Below, one piece after another: positions 63,935 through 64,000 of a stretch of 64,000 nucleotides of DNA. The notes beneath the pieces were generated by a model. It worked only from the letters and a program-made list of their open reading frames with translations, was not told the origin of the DNA and did no database searches. The position numbers were made by a program, and so were the translations under genes. Each line of letters starts with the position of its first letter. Position 1 is the stretch's first letter. The stretch is from IMG/VR virus record IMGVR_UViG_2693429820_000003. The stretch is one strand, 5' to 3'. Source of the stretch: a virus. Taxonomy: Duplodnaviria; Caudoviricetes.

Positions 63935-64000
63935 TTTGTCCCCCCGGACAGTGTGAAAAATTTGTGCGAACAGGCGTGCACAAATGGACCCGATTTGCAC

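Larger units (their letters stand above)
1..64000. mobile_element. Tailed dsDNA bacteriophage (siphovirus-like), partial genome
   Basis: Complete head-tail-lysis module plus replication module; dense, overlapping genes; no host housekeeping operons. Confidence 0.95.

Noticed and set aside
1-64000. tRNA, rRNA, integrase, transposase, intron or intein
   Set aside because: No cloverleaf or recombinase motifs recognised; polymerase, terminase and helicase have uninterrupted frames; a covariance-model scan was not possible

Overview
The whole window is part of a tailed dsDNA phage genome of siphovirus type; neither end looks like a genome terminus or host DNA. The host is probably an alphaproteobacterium, because two GTTC-N7-GTTC LexA-type boxes sit in front of a LigD-type ligase cassette. 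Layout: (1) 1-7350, minus strand: putative early region with a tandem array of nine divergent paralogs of one ~100-125 aa family (DUF6197-like), two paralogs of a second Cys/His family, a degenerate HNH, two AT-rich tracts and three genes that each carry the same TTCCCGAACGGGAA hairpin just before the RBS. (2) 7730-10795, minus: primase-polymerase/SF3 helicase and a possible small terminase. (3) 10954-42559, plus: lambda gpA-like terminase, portal, an out-of-place fibre module, protease, capsid, neck, major tail protein, frameshifting tail chaperone, tape measure with a lytic transglycosylase domain, lambda-like M/L/K/I/J tail tip interrupted by a metallophosphoesterase, and a lysis cassette. 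(4) 42552-63934, minus: SOS-boxed ligase cassette, nucleotide-pool enzymes (two MazG-like, dATP/dGTP diphosphohydrolase, HD, dCMP deaminase, ThyA), HslV-like peptidase, SbcCD-like nuclease, ligase, family A polymerase, 5'-3' exonuclease, SF2 helicase and an XRE-like regulator. I saw no integrase, tRNA, rRNA, CRISPR array or reverse transcriptase. The best candidate for a new system is the translationally coupled, hypervariable paralog array at 1-4738. All family assignments are from motif recognition by eye, with no database search, and many start codons were moved from the ORF track to RBS-supported starts.
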